DNA of 64,000 nucleotides, from the NCBI GenBank assembly GCA_040954595.2, contig CM082584.2:6839919-6903918 (forward strand), written 5' to 3'. How positions within the stretch are numbered: the stretch's first letter is position 1; every line of letters begins with the position of its first letter. This stretch comes from Balanoglossus misakiensis (lineage: Eukaryota > Animalia > Hemichordata). The position numbers and the translations under genes are program-made. Positions 50,660-64,000 of the stretch are shown piece by piece. The notes under the pieces are model-generated. The model searched no databases. It had not been told where the DNA came from and was given only the letters and a program-made list of their open reading frames with translations.

Positions 50660-53600
50660 ATGGCAGGTGCAGTTCTTGAAAATCTGAGCAATCGGAAACT
50701 CCTTGCTCTGTGTGTGACTTTACTTCTCATGCAGGTTGCTTTCTTCGTGCTCGGCGGCGTCATCGGTAAGTGTACAAGGACGCCAAAGTTTAGCAGACTT
50801 GACGTTCTCTCGTGTCAACTTTACATTGAACGCTGTGTGTTGTGTCTATTTCAGTGATGCATGATCGTCAGCCATATAGTGTGTGTTGAATATTTTTTGC
50901 ACTACCACGTTTGTGTGGTCGTAATTTTGGTACTAGCATGTATCTAGACCACCACCATCGTATCCGATCGTCGCGGGAATCGCTTGATCGCACGGCGTAT
51001 GTAGGGGAACCCGATCAGCTCGTATAATTCGATCATGGAGTATGGCACTGGAAAGATGATTATACTCTGAAGGAGACTTGCACATCGGTGTACTGGCGGG
51101 CTGCATTCTAATTTTCTTCGCCAATCGAAGCATGAAACTGTCGGGACAACTAATGAAACTGGTCTCGTAAACGCGTTTTACGGCAGTAGCGGCAGCAGAA
51201 CCGAGCAATTCGTCTGGGAATTAGCACAGCAGACTTCATCGTGTGAGGCGTAGTGTCAGGTCTGACAGTATCAATAGCCTCAAAAGATCCCGTCAATTGT
51301 CTTTTCATTCACATACTACGGTCCCATTCACAACGGGACAATGGTAACCCCCGGTGCGAAATTCCCCGGCTATGCCCCCGTGTTTTGAAAACCCATTTGT
51401 TCGAAAATTAACTCAAGCCATTGATATGATCAGTTTTCACACACTTGTGATATCATCCGGCCTACAAAGGAACTGAAAAGAGAATGAGTCGAAATACATG
51501 AAATAGGGGGGAAATGCTTGAAATTCCTGCATTTTGTCACTTTGGATCGAATCAGTCTGGCTAGGCTGAGCCATTTCCAGCTCTTTCCACGGCCACTCAA
51601 ACTATTCTGTACAGAAGAAAAGCTAAAACTGCCCCAAGGGTCTTTCTCTTTTTAAACCACAGTCAGTTGTGGGGAGACCGTGTTTTAACCATAGGGAAAA
51701 GCTTTGAAAATTGCACAAATGGCCTCAGTTAGTCTTTAATGCAAGGTCACTGAACATGTGGAATGGTTAATGGTTAAGTTTTGGGTAAAGGTCTACCCAG
51801 TGGATACATAAACAACCCTAACTGTCAAAATGCATGCTCATCTAACTGGGAAAAAGAAACTTGAAGTCATACATTTTACAGTGGATTTTCATATGTCGAT
51901 AAAAAAGTATTTTTTTGTAATTCAACAAAGACCTGTCCTGTATCATATAAGACATGTGAACTTTCCCCCGAAACAAATACAAGGAGTTGAGTCAACAGGT
52001 AATACTGGGTTTGTGTTGTTGCGCCCTGTTTGGTAAACGTGACAGAGGAATTTTTCACAGGAGTAAAGTTACATCATCAGAGACCATAGAGAGAAGTTGA
52101 AGTAAGCTTCAATGGATTATCCCATTTCCTCCTGTCTGATTTCCTAAATGTGTGCTGACTGGTCACATGGATTGTACAGCCTGCAGGCAGTTCGCGATTG
52201 ACAGTTCAGGATTCTTTTCTCACCAAGCAAACGGCAGATCCCAGGCTAGAAAGACAAAGACGTAGTTTTGTGGCTAAGGTTGGGGAAAATTGAATGATTT
52301 AGCAAAGTTCTAATAATATATTTCCACTAAGTCACTAGTACCAGACGTGAACTCTGTTTCAAACATTTCTACTACCTGAACGCATTGCCAGGTAGTTTTC
52401 TGCAAGTGCTCAGGGTTCAGCTTGTCGGAAGCGATGGTAAAATTTTATTGCAAATGCGTCATAAGAAAGAAGTACCCAAGAACAACTCAATTACGAGGAG
52501 TAATGAGTTTTGAATCACAGTACCGTATGCTGTAGTTTCCGGCACTGAAGTTATACGGTGCCCTTTCCCAGTGGTGAACAATATCATGGAAATCCATTTC
52601 CTGTGTCAAACTGCTCATAACTTTTGTTCACAGGGATTTTGTCAGAAACATAAATATTTTTGTTTCTTCTTGTTATAACATGGACGTTTGCCTTCAGGTG
52701 TTGTCATTCATAATATTCACAACCTCACTTTCCAATTTTTCTTGGAAATAATGTCTTTGTCCTTGTTACTTTTGAAAATAACCTTGATTCAGTATAAAAT
52801 TCAGACTGAGTTCTTGGGTGCTGCTTTTAAAGACAAATTTTTTACCGAGGTTATGGCTTCATCTTGCATTGGACTTTTAATGACCCAGTGGATGTTTGCT
52901 TGAAATTGATGACAATTTTCAGCGAGGCTGACTTTTTTTGCCAGGGAGGAAATGGCTTGGGATTGTCCTGGCCTTGTAAAACATTTTATGAGCCTTCAAT
53001 TCCCATGTAATGATGAGAAGGAGGCGTACGCTTTTCGTAGATGTTGTCAACCATTTTTAGCAATCTTTTACTTTCAAATCTGGCAACGTTTATTGAGATT
53101 CCATCATATACCAGGAAGAAACATTCCCTTTGAAATAAAGAATTGTCAGTGATATATTGAGCGCAGAGCACTCACATTTAATAAGTATTGATGGAGATTC
53201 TGAATGTTGGGAAATTCAGAAATTCACAAAATGAATCTTGTGTCATGTGACCGGATATTCAGAAACCTTAGCAAAAAATCAATTTTTCGAAATCGCTGAA
53301 AGAAAATGCTACAGCGCTTTCTGTTGATTTTTGCACTTCAAATAACAAACACCCTTCTCCAAAAACATGTGTCTGATATTTTTCAATGTTTGAGTCATCA
53401 CCTTGCGAAGGTTTGTGACTAAGATTGTATTTCCTCACAAATAGATTTTGCACCATGCAAAAAATGAACAAAGGCCTCCAGACAAAATCTGAAATTTTCA
53501 GTTACGATGTCACTGATAGTGATATCAACATTTTTTGTAATGTACAAGAATGTATTCTTATGATTTGTCAAAAATATTATCCAATGTTTTTCATGTTGGT

Positions 53601-56600
53601 CAATGAAATTCCCATAATGAGCAAAAGAAAATTTGTTGACTGAAATTTTGACAAGTATGATGGCGCTGAATTTAAAATTCATGTATTAGAACCAGACAGT
53701 TTACTCTACTACCCTGGAAGTCATTGACCCAAATGTCTCATGGTTTGTAAGAAGAAAATGGTTTGTTTCGGTGCTTTCGATTTACACTGCAAGAAAAATG
53801 TCATTACAGTTCGGAATGCACCGACTTAGCAAGGGTTAAAAAAGGTGAAATTGGCCGCGAAGAGAGCACATCCTCAGATGCTAGCTCATCGTGGGGAGAA
53901 ACTTCTTGCGCATTCTGGTCACGTGAAATGAGGTACTCTGTTGTTAGGGAGTGAGTCACACGTCATATCATTGATTTTTACATCACAGATTTGTTACCGT
54001 TGAGTCGATTTTTATCCTCTCGTCTGCTATTACACCATCCAATCAATAATGACCAGCTGAAAGTCTTTTGCCGGGGTTTAAATGCGAGTAATTCCCCGCC
54101 GCGATTCCCCGGGGATAATTTCCCACCTTGTACATGGCAATTACAGCACTTGTTGTTTAATTACTGCAAAGCCACTCTACGCGAGCTGTGATTTCGCAAA
54201 TCAATTTCAAGTGTAATGGGGTATGGAAGGCTAAAGGTGGCCGTGTGGTGAGAGGTGTACTTGAATGATGTATTGGCTCAGTGGCTTCGCACCGTGCCTG
54301 GCAATCTGAAACTGGCGTGTCCGAATTTGTCTTGTCTGTGATTGCCCAGGCAGTGTCAGTTGTTGACATTGGCAATAAACTGCTTTCATCGCTCATTTAC
54401 TGCCGCTGTGTTTGGTCATTTTGGTGCAAAGAGTGGCCATTTGGAACGTCATGTCTCAACAGAAATTGGATGGTTGTTAAATGACTGGGGGGGGGGGGGG
54501 GGCGCAGCTGAAATTTAAACTTCAGGGATTCAGGAAACTTTGTTTTGATACAGATTACACTTAACAATACAGCATTTTACATTGTACCTTTGGGATTTAA
54601 ACAAAATGTCGAACAAATTAGCAAAGCCTTACACACAGTTACACATATCAAGAAATGTACAAAATTACAACCAAGCAAAATTGTACTGATCATCTGATGT
54701 ACGTTATTTTAAAATATTTTTGTATCCAGACATATATATTCGCAGTGTTCTTGGTCATCTCTGGTTATGAGTTTGGAAGTTAACAAATATTGATGAAATG
54801 TGTAAGGGTTTTGCAATATTTTGTCAAATCTGACAAATGGCGGAGTACCCCCGAAGCTCCTGACCGCACTTCCTTGCTTTATCGGCAAGAAGACCATTAA
54901 GTTTAACACCTACACTGTACCGACACCGTAAACCTTACACTCTGCAAGATTAATGATAGCTGGGTTGTCTGAATTTTGTGATTTATGCTCACTTTTATCC
55001 TCGGTCAAATTGGCTGCCTGTTTGATCGACAGCGAGAAAGCTCGCCGTTTTCTTCAAAGTAAAAAAAAATGGAGTAGGAAACTGGAAATGTGTAGTGATT
55101 CAAAACGTGCAATGCACTGTATCTAGAGCAAAATTAATCATTAGGTGTATGCTAACAAAGGAATGCAATTTTTCCAAGAAATGTGATGATATCAGTTCGT
55201 TTCATCCGTCTAGGTCTCCCGAACGGCACCCTTGTGCGTTTCTCCCCGCCGCGCCTTTCATCCTCGCCGACAGAGACCGCCAGTGGAATCGAAAACGTCA
55301 CAGAAGGGCAATGAAATGTGAAATATTTTATTAAAGCTGAGTTCGCAGAGGACATGGCGGCCGTAAGCTCCGACGGATGAGTCATGCATGGGAAAGGGGT
55401 TTGAGTTTAACGAACGAATTTTCCATGTTTTTCATGGCAACTTAGGGAGACTCGTACTCCAGGGGGACGGCGTTTAACAGCCCTGATGATGAAACGTGGC
55501 CGCGATGAAACAACCAGATAATGGTTTTATCTGCTGTACCTCAGTGCATTCGACATCATTCTTTCTTTTGATCGTGAGATTCTGTCAGCACTGGGAACAG
55601 ACCGATAGCGACTCTGCCTGGTTTCGATCGTGACATTAGTCCAAAAGTTGCATTTTTCGAGAATTTTTGTTTTGCTTTAAAAGACGTATTTTTTTCATGT
55701 GTTCTTTCTCATCCTGCCCACAGTCAGCATTTTGTTTTCAGTTATTCTCAAAAAATGTGTCGAGTTACACAATGCATGGAAACAAGAAAGAATCGAATTG
55801 ATTATATCAATGAACATAACTGTATACCATGAAATGAAAAGCATTAGTGATACCTTTTAAGATCAGTAATTATTTAACAGGCAAGCTGTTACCATGGAGA
55901 TGGTGAATGGTGTTTTATGTGAAAATACAGGATGATTATTATAAAACAGAAATTATTCACCAGTATTGTACTTCTCACCCTGAAGTAATTCTTAGCTATC
56001 ATTTCATATATGAAATAATTGATGTAAATTATTAATAGTTTAATAGCACATACTCACTGTGGTCTATATTTTACAGAGAATTTTTCAGAAATATATGTGA
56101 TTGGGTGTTGATATCTCTGTTGATATACATGTAGGCATAAGGCGTAAATATATGTTATAATATCTGTTGCGTATGAAATAAATGGGAAATATTGTATAGA
56201 TAAATGCACAGAATAGAGTGGATTACAGATGCTTGAAACGACTGCAGACATGAAACAAAAAACGTAAGTAACCACTTTTTAACACACCCCTCCTCTTGTG
56301 TGATTTCAGCTCCATCTCCAACCTCGGCATTCGTCCATCTGGCCAACAAGTGCATAGACCACGGCAAACACGTGCACAAACACCACTGGTTCACGCCGTG
56401 GGGACCCAACCATGTGCGGTGCGACAAGGTCAAAGACTTCGAAGAAGCCATCGAGAAGGAGATCACGGCCGAGCAGATTGTCTTCGCCGTGGAAATGCCC
56501 AACCGGCCGTACAGGATATCGCGCTGGTTTCAGTACATCCTGGCCGTCATCGATGTCACGGTGGAGTACGACCATTACAATCCTCAGGGTAAGTCGAGTC

Positions 56601-59600
56601 GGCCATTTTGAATACCACAACTTTTTGATAACTCGTTTGGTAGGGCTGTTCCTTGTGTGACCGTGGTGTGGTCGGACATCTTGGCATTTTTTTAATTGAT
56701 TCTGCTAAGGAATGCTTGTATGAATCGGTTTGAAAGAAAATGAATGAAAAAAAAATTAAAAATTATAAATTTGTAACATTGTTTGCTCTCCCATCATGCA
56801 AAATTAAAATGTCAGTCCTGTGTTGATACACACAAACTTCTTGTTTATGGTACCATCATGATTTTTCAGGGCAAGATCCAGTGATGACACTAGACGTATC
56901 CCTCGGTTACCGAGACCATGGGGACGACCACGGCGACTGGAAAATGATTGCCAGGTCGACTGAAAAAAGGAAACTGGACTGTCACTTCGAGAAGCCATAT
57001 GTGAGTATTTTGCACATCTTTTGCAGGGCAAGATTTTCTGTGAAGTATAACAGTGGGAATTCAGTCAAGACTGAACGACTGTTTCTCGTTCGGTCTTTCT
57101 AATTTCAGCACCCGGACAGCAATGGCTACTCCTACAAGTGCGAGTTGTTGCCTTTCTTCGAGCTCGGCAGTTCGCACCACGACTACTACCTTGTCAACAT
57201 CCGACTGCCGATACACGACAAGGAACAGGGATTTCTCAACACTGGCCTAGGGAAGCTGACCGATATTACCATCACTGTAAGTATTACACCGGCTGCAGTT
57301 TCAAATTAGTGAGAGATAAATTGGCTTTAATCACCAACCTAGGCAGACTGCTGTACTGCCTACAAATGTAGGTTTTGAACCACTGATTCTGAGAAACTTT
57401 GGCAGATTTCTCTGCAATGCTTTTGTATTTACATTCAGAAGAGGAAATTTTATAGAATTGAGCCAGTTAGCATCATTGTGATTATCATCCTTTTGGTGCC
57501 AAGTTTCAAACTGTACACAAAACTCCCTTCTATTTTGTTCACCCACCCAACACAGGAAATTCACCAGAACGGTGGTTTCACCAAAGTGTGGCTGGCAATC
57601 AAGACATTTGTGACTCCCCTCTTGATAATGATCACCATCTGGTTCTGGAGGAGAGTCTTCCAACTCAACAGAAAGTCAGTCTTAATGGAAAGGTAAGGTA
57701 GTATCCATGGCGATGATGATGATGATGACGATGACGATGACGATGACGATGATGATATTTTCTCCACTCATATGTTTTACCGTCCTCATGTGTTTATTTT
57801 TTATTTACTTCGTATTTGTATAGATGACTTGGGATCATCTTCCATTTTCAGATGACCCATAAGATGAAAGTTACCTGAATGTTTGTGAACATATTATCAT
57901 TGCTACAGATTATAAATAGTCCACATTTCACAAAAAATAACGTTCATCTCACTATATTTAAATGTTAGACCCCTCCTGAATTGATAAAAGAAATGCCTTC
58001 AATTTTTCTATCTTTCCAATGCTGAATTTCAGCCCCTTCACCTTCACCTCAGTTTCCCCACCTCTTGTAGAACTCTAAGTTTTACGTTCACTACAAGACC
58101 TCATCATGTAAAGCACCTATGTCTTTTTTCCTGTTTCAGAACCATACTAGCCCTGGGAATTTCCCTCATAATCCTGGACTGTAAGTTTTACTGCTGACCT
58201 CACTAATACCTTATGACCTATCCTAGCATTTATACCTCTAAAATGGAACAGCAATAAAAAAAAGGACGCCCGAGTGCATTGACATGAGCTCTGTTGAATC
58301 GGGGGAATGAGTCAGACGGAGAAAAGAAATGGATGTGTGCGATAATTTGACAAGACGATCAAAATATCAGTGAAAATTTGCAAAACTCACAACAGTTGAA
58401 TCAGAGAAAGGGGGGGGGAGAAATTTTTCTGTTTGAATTGCAAAATTTTCTGTCTGAACTATGATATAAGAATTCCCAGTAGAGCAGGAATTTGATTGCA
58501 TGTTGTGTATAGTGGTTGCGGCGCTTGTTAGAGACCTCGTAAAAATGCATGCTTTCCCGCCGGGAATAGGAAATACTCTAAGCCCATAAATTATAGTTTG
58601 GGGTTTTTACTGTTATTAAAAATTCAGTTTACTACGGCTACATTCTGCCTGGCAGGGAGGGTTTTACATTCAACTGAGTGAAAATGTGTCGAGATGTCAG
58701 TTTTGGATGTACAATGTAGTTCTGGAGAATGTGTTGTTCACTGGCCTTGTGTAAAGTGATGGCGATAGGTTGTGACTCCCCCAAAACATGCTATAAAATA
58801 TAGTGTAGGTGTACGGCTGGCAGAAAAAAGACAGACTCCATTTCACCCCAAAAACATATTCATTCAGACCAAATGTGTGAGTTAGTTAGTACAATTTATT
58901 AAAAGACATGTCGAAACATAAGACCGATGAAAAAGTGACCCCGATTTTAGACCTTGACTGGATGAATGGTGCATACCCAGTTGTAGACCGAACTGCTTGG
59001 GGGAAAACCCACCCAAAAGATATCACATATCCCATTAGTTTGATGCACTGAATCTCTCAATGTCTTCCTTTCTCCCCCCCTACAGTTCCTTTGGAATGGC
59101 TGACACTGTGGGTTGACATACCGTTCATGTTGTTGTTGAGTGACATCAAACAGGGTATCTTTTATTCAACGCTACTCTCATTCTGGATTATCTTCACGGG
59201 AGAACATTTGATGGTAAGTCTGTTACTGTGACTACTTCTCAGTGTTGACGGGGGTATTGGTTCTGTGTCATTTTAAAGGGGAACATTGGTCTAATGGGTT
59301 ATACCTTAAAGGGGAACGATGGTGTGGTGTGAGTATTGTATTAAAGGGGAATAATGGTATGGTTTGGCTATGCTATTAAAGGGGAAACAATGGTGTGATG
59401 GGTTTTGTCTTAATGGAGAGAAGCTCATGCTCACATCCATCGGTTCTCATAATCAGTTTTGTAAAATTTTGATTTTGCTGTTTCAGGATCAAACGCAGCG
59501 GAACCGTCTCTCAGTGTACTGGACCCAAGTTGGGGCCATTGTCTTTGGTTGTGTCTGTCTCTTTGTATTTGACATGTGTGAAAGGTGAGTATGTTTTAGC

Positions 59601-61341
59601 TTATTTCAGATTTAAATTGGGAAGGGGATAAAAGAAAACATTTGCCACCCTTTTCTTTTTATCAAATTCAACTTTCTTTTCTGTTCATATACTGTTCACA
59701 TATTCATGAATATTAATGAGATATATGATGTCAGAGGTCATTTACAGTGACCAATATGGCAGTGAAGTTCCAATTGCTGGTCCACAGATTTGTGATTTGA
59801 CTGGACTGTCTTATTCTGCTTTGCAGGGGTGTGCAGCTCACTAATCCGTTCTATAGCATCTGGGTGACGGAAACTGGCAAGAACTTGGCTGTATCCTTGA
59901 CAACCTGTTTGTTTTGTGTCACATACATGTTGGTGTCCAGTTTGTGTGAATATATAAAGTTATTGTTTTGGCAATCATAAAAAAGGGTATTTTCAAATAA
60001 TGCATATTAGTCATTCAACCTCTATATTTGATTTTACTTTTACTGAAAGCCAAACATTTCAGTTAGTGCACAGTGCAGAGCCCACATTGTCATCCAACAG
60101 GACAACTCTTGTTTATTATCTTTAACACATGCATCCAAAAAACAGATGGCCTTCATCATAGTGGCCGCTATCTGTGCCAGCATCTACTTCATGTTCCTGT
60201 GCTACATGGTGTACAAGGTGTTCCGTAATATCAGCATCAAGAGGACTGCACTGCCGGCCATGGCCAAAGCCCGACAGTTGCATTACCAGGTAAAAAAGCA
60301 CAGGAGTTTTCTCTGCTATGTTGATCTCCTGTTTATACCCTTTCATAGAATGCTCAAATACGCCATTTCAGCCATATATGGGTGTATGTAAATTGGAGGT
60401 GACTGTATACCTTGAACTGCAGTCCTGAGCCACACACTGTGTTGGAGGTACAGTGGCTTTCACCCTTTCACTACTATGGTTCAGTCCAAAGCCAGTGTTT
60501 TCTACAGTAAACCTGGACCTCTACAGAGGGAACTTGGGGGTAAAAGGGTTACCGGTAATGTTGCAAGGATGTGTTGAAGGATAGATCTTATCATCTGAAT
60601 GCTTAGTTAGAAGCTGCCATGTTCCTATATTGTAATAATAATGATTGTGGATATTTTTATTTTCAGGGCTTGATTTACCGCTTCAAGTTCTTCATGTTCT
60701 TCACACTGCTGTGCGCGGCGATGACCGTCATCTTCTTCATCATCACGCAAGTCAACGAGGGCCACTGGAAGTGGGGTGAGGAACACACCATCCAGATCAA
60801 CAGTGCCTTCTTCACCGGGGTCTACGGAATGTGGAACATCTACGTCTTCGCCGTGATGTCGCTGTACGCGCCCTCGCACAAGGATCACGACAAGCTGGCG
60901 AGCAGTGTGCCAAATGGTAGGTCGACTGAGACAAAAGGATTGGCCACGGATGGCCTGTGGTGGCGCACTGTCATTCAGGGAGCAGTGTGTCGAAATAGAC
61001 CGTTGAAATTAGTGCTATGATAACTGTGTTTTGTGTGGTTGATCATTGCTTCACTATATATCCACATTTACATTAACGTAACCAGTGTCTTGTATCAAAC
61101 ATAATTAATGGAAAAGGGGCAGCTGGAGAGAGACTTTGTCCCTTTAATCTATGGTTGATTTTATTTATTTTGTGTGGTTTAATTTTTTTTTTATTTTGTC
61201 GTTTTAATTTTTACAGGTGAAGTAAGTGGATCCAGCAACGAGGAATTTGAGATGAAACACACAACTACCCTGACCACCTCGGCTGTCGACGGGGATCCGT
61301 CTGAACTGTACAGGCTAACAGGAAAAACTGCACAAGACTAA
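50660..61341 (+). CDS. WLS: Wntless (Wnt secretion mediator), 556 aa. Exons 50660-50765, 56310-56588, 56870-57000, 57109-57276, 57556-57692, 58140-58180, 59086-59213, 59487-59584, 59827-59890, 60146-60289, 60667-60916, 61217-61341
   Basis: Phase-consistent 1,671-nt model. Motifs: [106 protein letters not shown]; C-terminus [11 protein letters not shown]. Confidence 0.96.
57711..57756. repeat. (GAT/GAC)n microsatellite
   Basis: Read directly from the sequence. Confidence 0.85.
59273..59411. repeat. ~35-bp minisatellite, 4 units each beginning TTAAAGGGGAA
   Basis: Units start at about 59273, 59306, 59341 and 59376 in WLS intron 7. Confidence 0.75.
59891..60145 (+). other. U12-type (minor spliceosome) GT-AG intron 9 of WLS
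   Basis: 5' splice site GTATCCTTG; branch site TCTTTAAC (60119-60126) about 20 nt before AAAAAACAG; no pyrimidine tract. Confidence 0.85.
60459..60552 (+). mobile_element. ~95-bp piggyBac-like MITE, copy 4
   Basis: ttcaccctttcactactatggttcagtccaaa...ggacctctacagagggaacttgggggtaaaagggttac, with CCCT...AGGG ends. Confidence 0.6.
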
Positions 61342-64000
61342 TAGTGGTAACCATGGAGACTGGTGGCAGCCATATTGGATTAAACCCAGCGTGTCAAGTT
61401 TGCGGAGAATTTTCCTTGGCTAAGAACGGTCAAGACTGTTTGACGATGTAAAACATTCTGTAGATAGATTCTCCTTGGCAACAGTTACAGTACATTTATT
61501 TATTTATTTTGTATTTTTAACCCTTTGATCCTGGCTTGGAAGAAAAGTATGTCAAAATGGTGGCATAGGTCACCAGGAGGTCAGGGTTCAAGGGGTTAAG
61601 TTTTCTAGCATGCACTGTAGCAGACTTAAAATACTGTGTGCTTTGACAACCTGTCGATTTTACCTCAAAAATTATGTAACTATTTCTCCACAAGTTTTAA
61701 TTTTATCTGTTCCATCCAGTAAACAGAATTATATACATTTAGAAAATTGTAGAATTTTGCCAAAAGATGCAATTCAAGCCTGGAAATATTTATCCTGTGA
61801 TGTTGAATAAAAAAAAAATAGATATCAGCTTGTATTTTTTCAATACATTAGCAGATTTACCATACTTAATTACTTTAATACTGAAATTTGTACTCCAATA
61901 GAAAAGAATAATTTTTATTAGCTTTTCACGTGGAATATGTCGAAAATGAAGGCTGGGCACCACTCAGAAACAATACACTGCCTATTCTAACATAAGGAGA
62001 CAGTTATGCTATCCTGCATTCCTGCAGGCAATTTTGCTCTCTTCAATACAGAAGTTGTCTATGTTTATTTATAATGGATTGTATGGAGACGTTTCACCCA
62101 TACACTGCCACATTGGCCAATCCATCAAATTTGTCCAAGTTTAATAACAGGGTCAAAAATATTATACAAAAATGTTAATTTCTTTTTGGTAAGATTTTTT
62201 TCAGTTGCATTTCATTGATTTTTTCATCATTTTTATATCAGTGAAATATTCAGAGATATCTTCTTTGTTGACATACTATTTTGCCAAAAATATTTTGATT
62301 TCAAAGTTTTTTTATGAATTCAAATAAAGTCTCATATTTTTCAAAATTGCCTCATTGCATAACAATGTTAAATTGAAAGGAGTACTTTGCTGGAAATTTA
62401 TTGTGCATATATTTACCTGCTCTAATCTTGATGCAGACTTTAGCAGTAATTATGTGTGTAGGGTTAAAGATTTTACGAATGGTAGCTTAATGCACAAGTA
62501 GGCTATCACAAGGTTTGATGGACCAAAATCGCTGTTGTCATGGAAATTGGTATGCATTGTGAGAGTTTTGAAAATAACATGTAGAAGTTTGTTTGACATC
62601 AGCCCAATTTTGCAACCAGCTAAGTTGAAATGAGTTGCACAAAAGCTATATTATTTTCAGAACAGGACTGAAAAACTTTTTCTGTGAACACATTACTGTT
62701 CACCTTGGGAGCCAATCGCAGGAGTTGTTATGTAATAGTAGCTCATGCCATGCAAGGGGCATTTGTTACAGGGGTTGTGATTGGATATATCTATATCCAA
62801 GGAAGCAGCTGGGGCTAACGGATATTTAAAGGGCCACTACATGTAACTTCTGGCTAATTTTTTTCGCAGTAATGTTGCAATTATTCATATGGCCTCAGAG
62901 ATTACTGTTGTTGAGTAATGTTACATTTTAGCCAAACTATCAGCAGACTAAGTCATTGTATTATCTATAAATAGCAAACAACATGTGTTTTAATCCCTGC
63001 AACAGTTGGCCCCCAAAAGGATACTGATTTCTCTGGTCCGATCTCTTAAAAAAAAAAAATTGTTGCCATATTTTATAGTTCAATCCCCTGGACTACCTTC
63101 AATTGCCAAACAGCTGTAGCATTTTAGTTCCTCTAATTAATCTAGACCTTATGACATCAAAGAATTTGTTTATAACCTTCAATACTTGCAGATTATGTGT
63201 CGATTAAATTGTGAAATTAGACTAAGTCCCAGACCAAATGAATGGCATTAACGACTTTGAAATTCTGTACTTTTGATACGAGAGTTTTAGACAGCCTTGT
63301 CGTATTATACTGTATGTTGCAAGTTTTTATGTGTGATGTAGAATTCAAAATGGCCAGTATTTTTTCCTCTGAACCACTGAGATCTGTCACTGTTCAGTTA
63401 GTCGAAAACCATAGTCTTTACAAAAATCATGTGTACAACATGTAGTAAACCATGTGCTGTGTCAAAGTTCATGTGACATCATTTTGCCCTTTCATGTTCA
63501 AACATGGCGGTGTTCTAGCTTTGCTTGCATCGTTCATTCCTAAGTGTAGTTAGAGTCATTTGCCGTCATGTCAGACTTGTTCTTCCGACATTTTACAATG
63601 ACAATAGCAGTCTATCTGTATATTCTATAGTCAGTTGAGATTTACAGACCTGTTTGTGTTTATATCTGTGTCATTTGGATGCAGGCTGTAAGGTCCCAAG
63701 TCCTCCAAAGCAAAGTTTGTTATTTTCTGTATGATCCCAATGCTTAAGTATGTGTGTGTCACTCATAAACACAAACAATAGTGAAGTCATCGCTACTTCT
63801 GCTGGATATTGCTACTTCCTGTACTGATGTTTCAAAAAAGAAATTGTCGCACCCCTGCTACTATGGACAGCTACTGTCTCTTCTGCTAGTGAAGTCATGC
63901 TATCTTAAAAGTAGACTGGTTTATGAGAGCATTGATACCATGGTGATGGTTGTCCCGGCGACAGACAAAGCCGGAGTACGAGTAAGGTTTAATAATCGCT

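Noticed and set aside
55478-55540. Hammerhead-ribozyme-like CTGATGA...GAAAC with an AACCA/TGGTT stem
   Set aside because: Stem II does not close, the C-G pair before the cleavage triplet is missing and stem I is offset; a covariance-model search would be needed to rescue it.
59273-59411. CRISPR-like repeat-spacer pattern (TTAAAGGGGAA plus variable part)
   Set aside because: Eukaryotic intron; the variable parts are homologous to each other, so it is a degenerate minisatellite, and there are no cas genes.

Overview
Eukaryotic (metazoan) genomic DNA with spliceosomal introns, AT-rich introns and GC-richer exons. The gene set and intron style suggest a marine invertebrate, possibly a non-vertebrate deuterostome; the species cannot be fixed from sequence alone. 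I assembled eight protein-coding genes by hand from splice sites with phase checks: a FAM151/Menorin-like probable pseudoenzyme (+, 5' end incomplete), SYCE2 (-), a ~2,040-aa vitellogenin with at least 23 exons (-), a single-coding-exon Golgi sulfotransferase (+), ARMH1/C1orf228 (-) head-to-head with an intronless TMEM53 (+), an SLC38A7-like transporter (-) and Wntless (+). The most notable observations are: (1) a ~245-aa charged insertion inside the vitellogenin vWD domain carrying two exact C-x23-C-x-C-x23-C modules; (2) a short phosvitin-position Ser repeat and a cluster of candidate microexons in vitellogenin; (3) two U12 minor-spliceosome introns, in ARMH1 and WLS; (4) the ARMH1-TMEM53 head-to-head pair, which matches the human arrangement; (5) a palindromic MITE with TTAGGG repeats and a 9-bp target-site duplication; (6) a 143-bp bulged hairpin element. 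No rRNA, tRNA or CRISPR features were seen. Most short ORFs in the track are antisense shadows or microsatellite artefacts.
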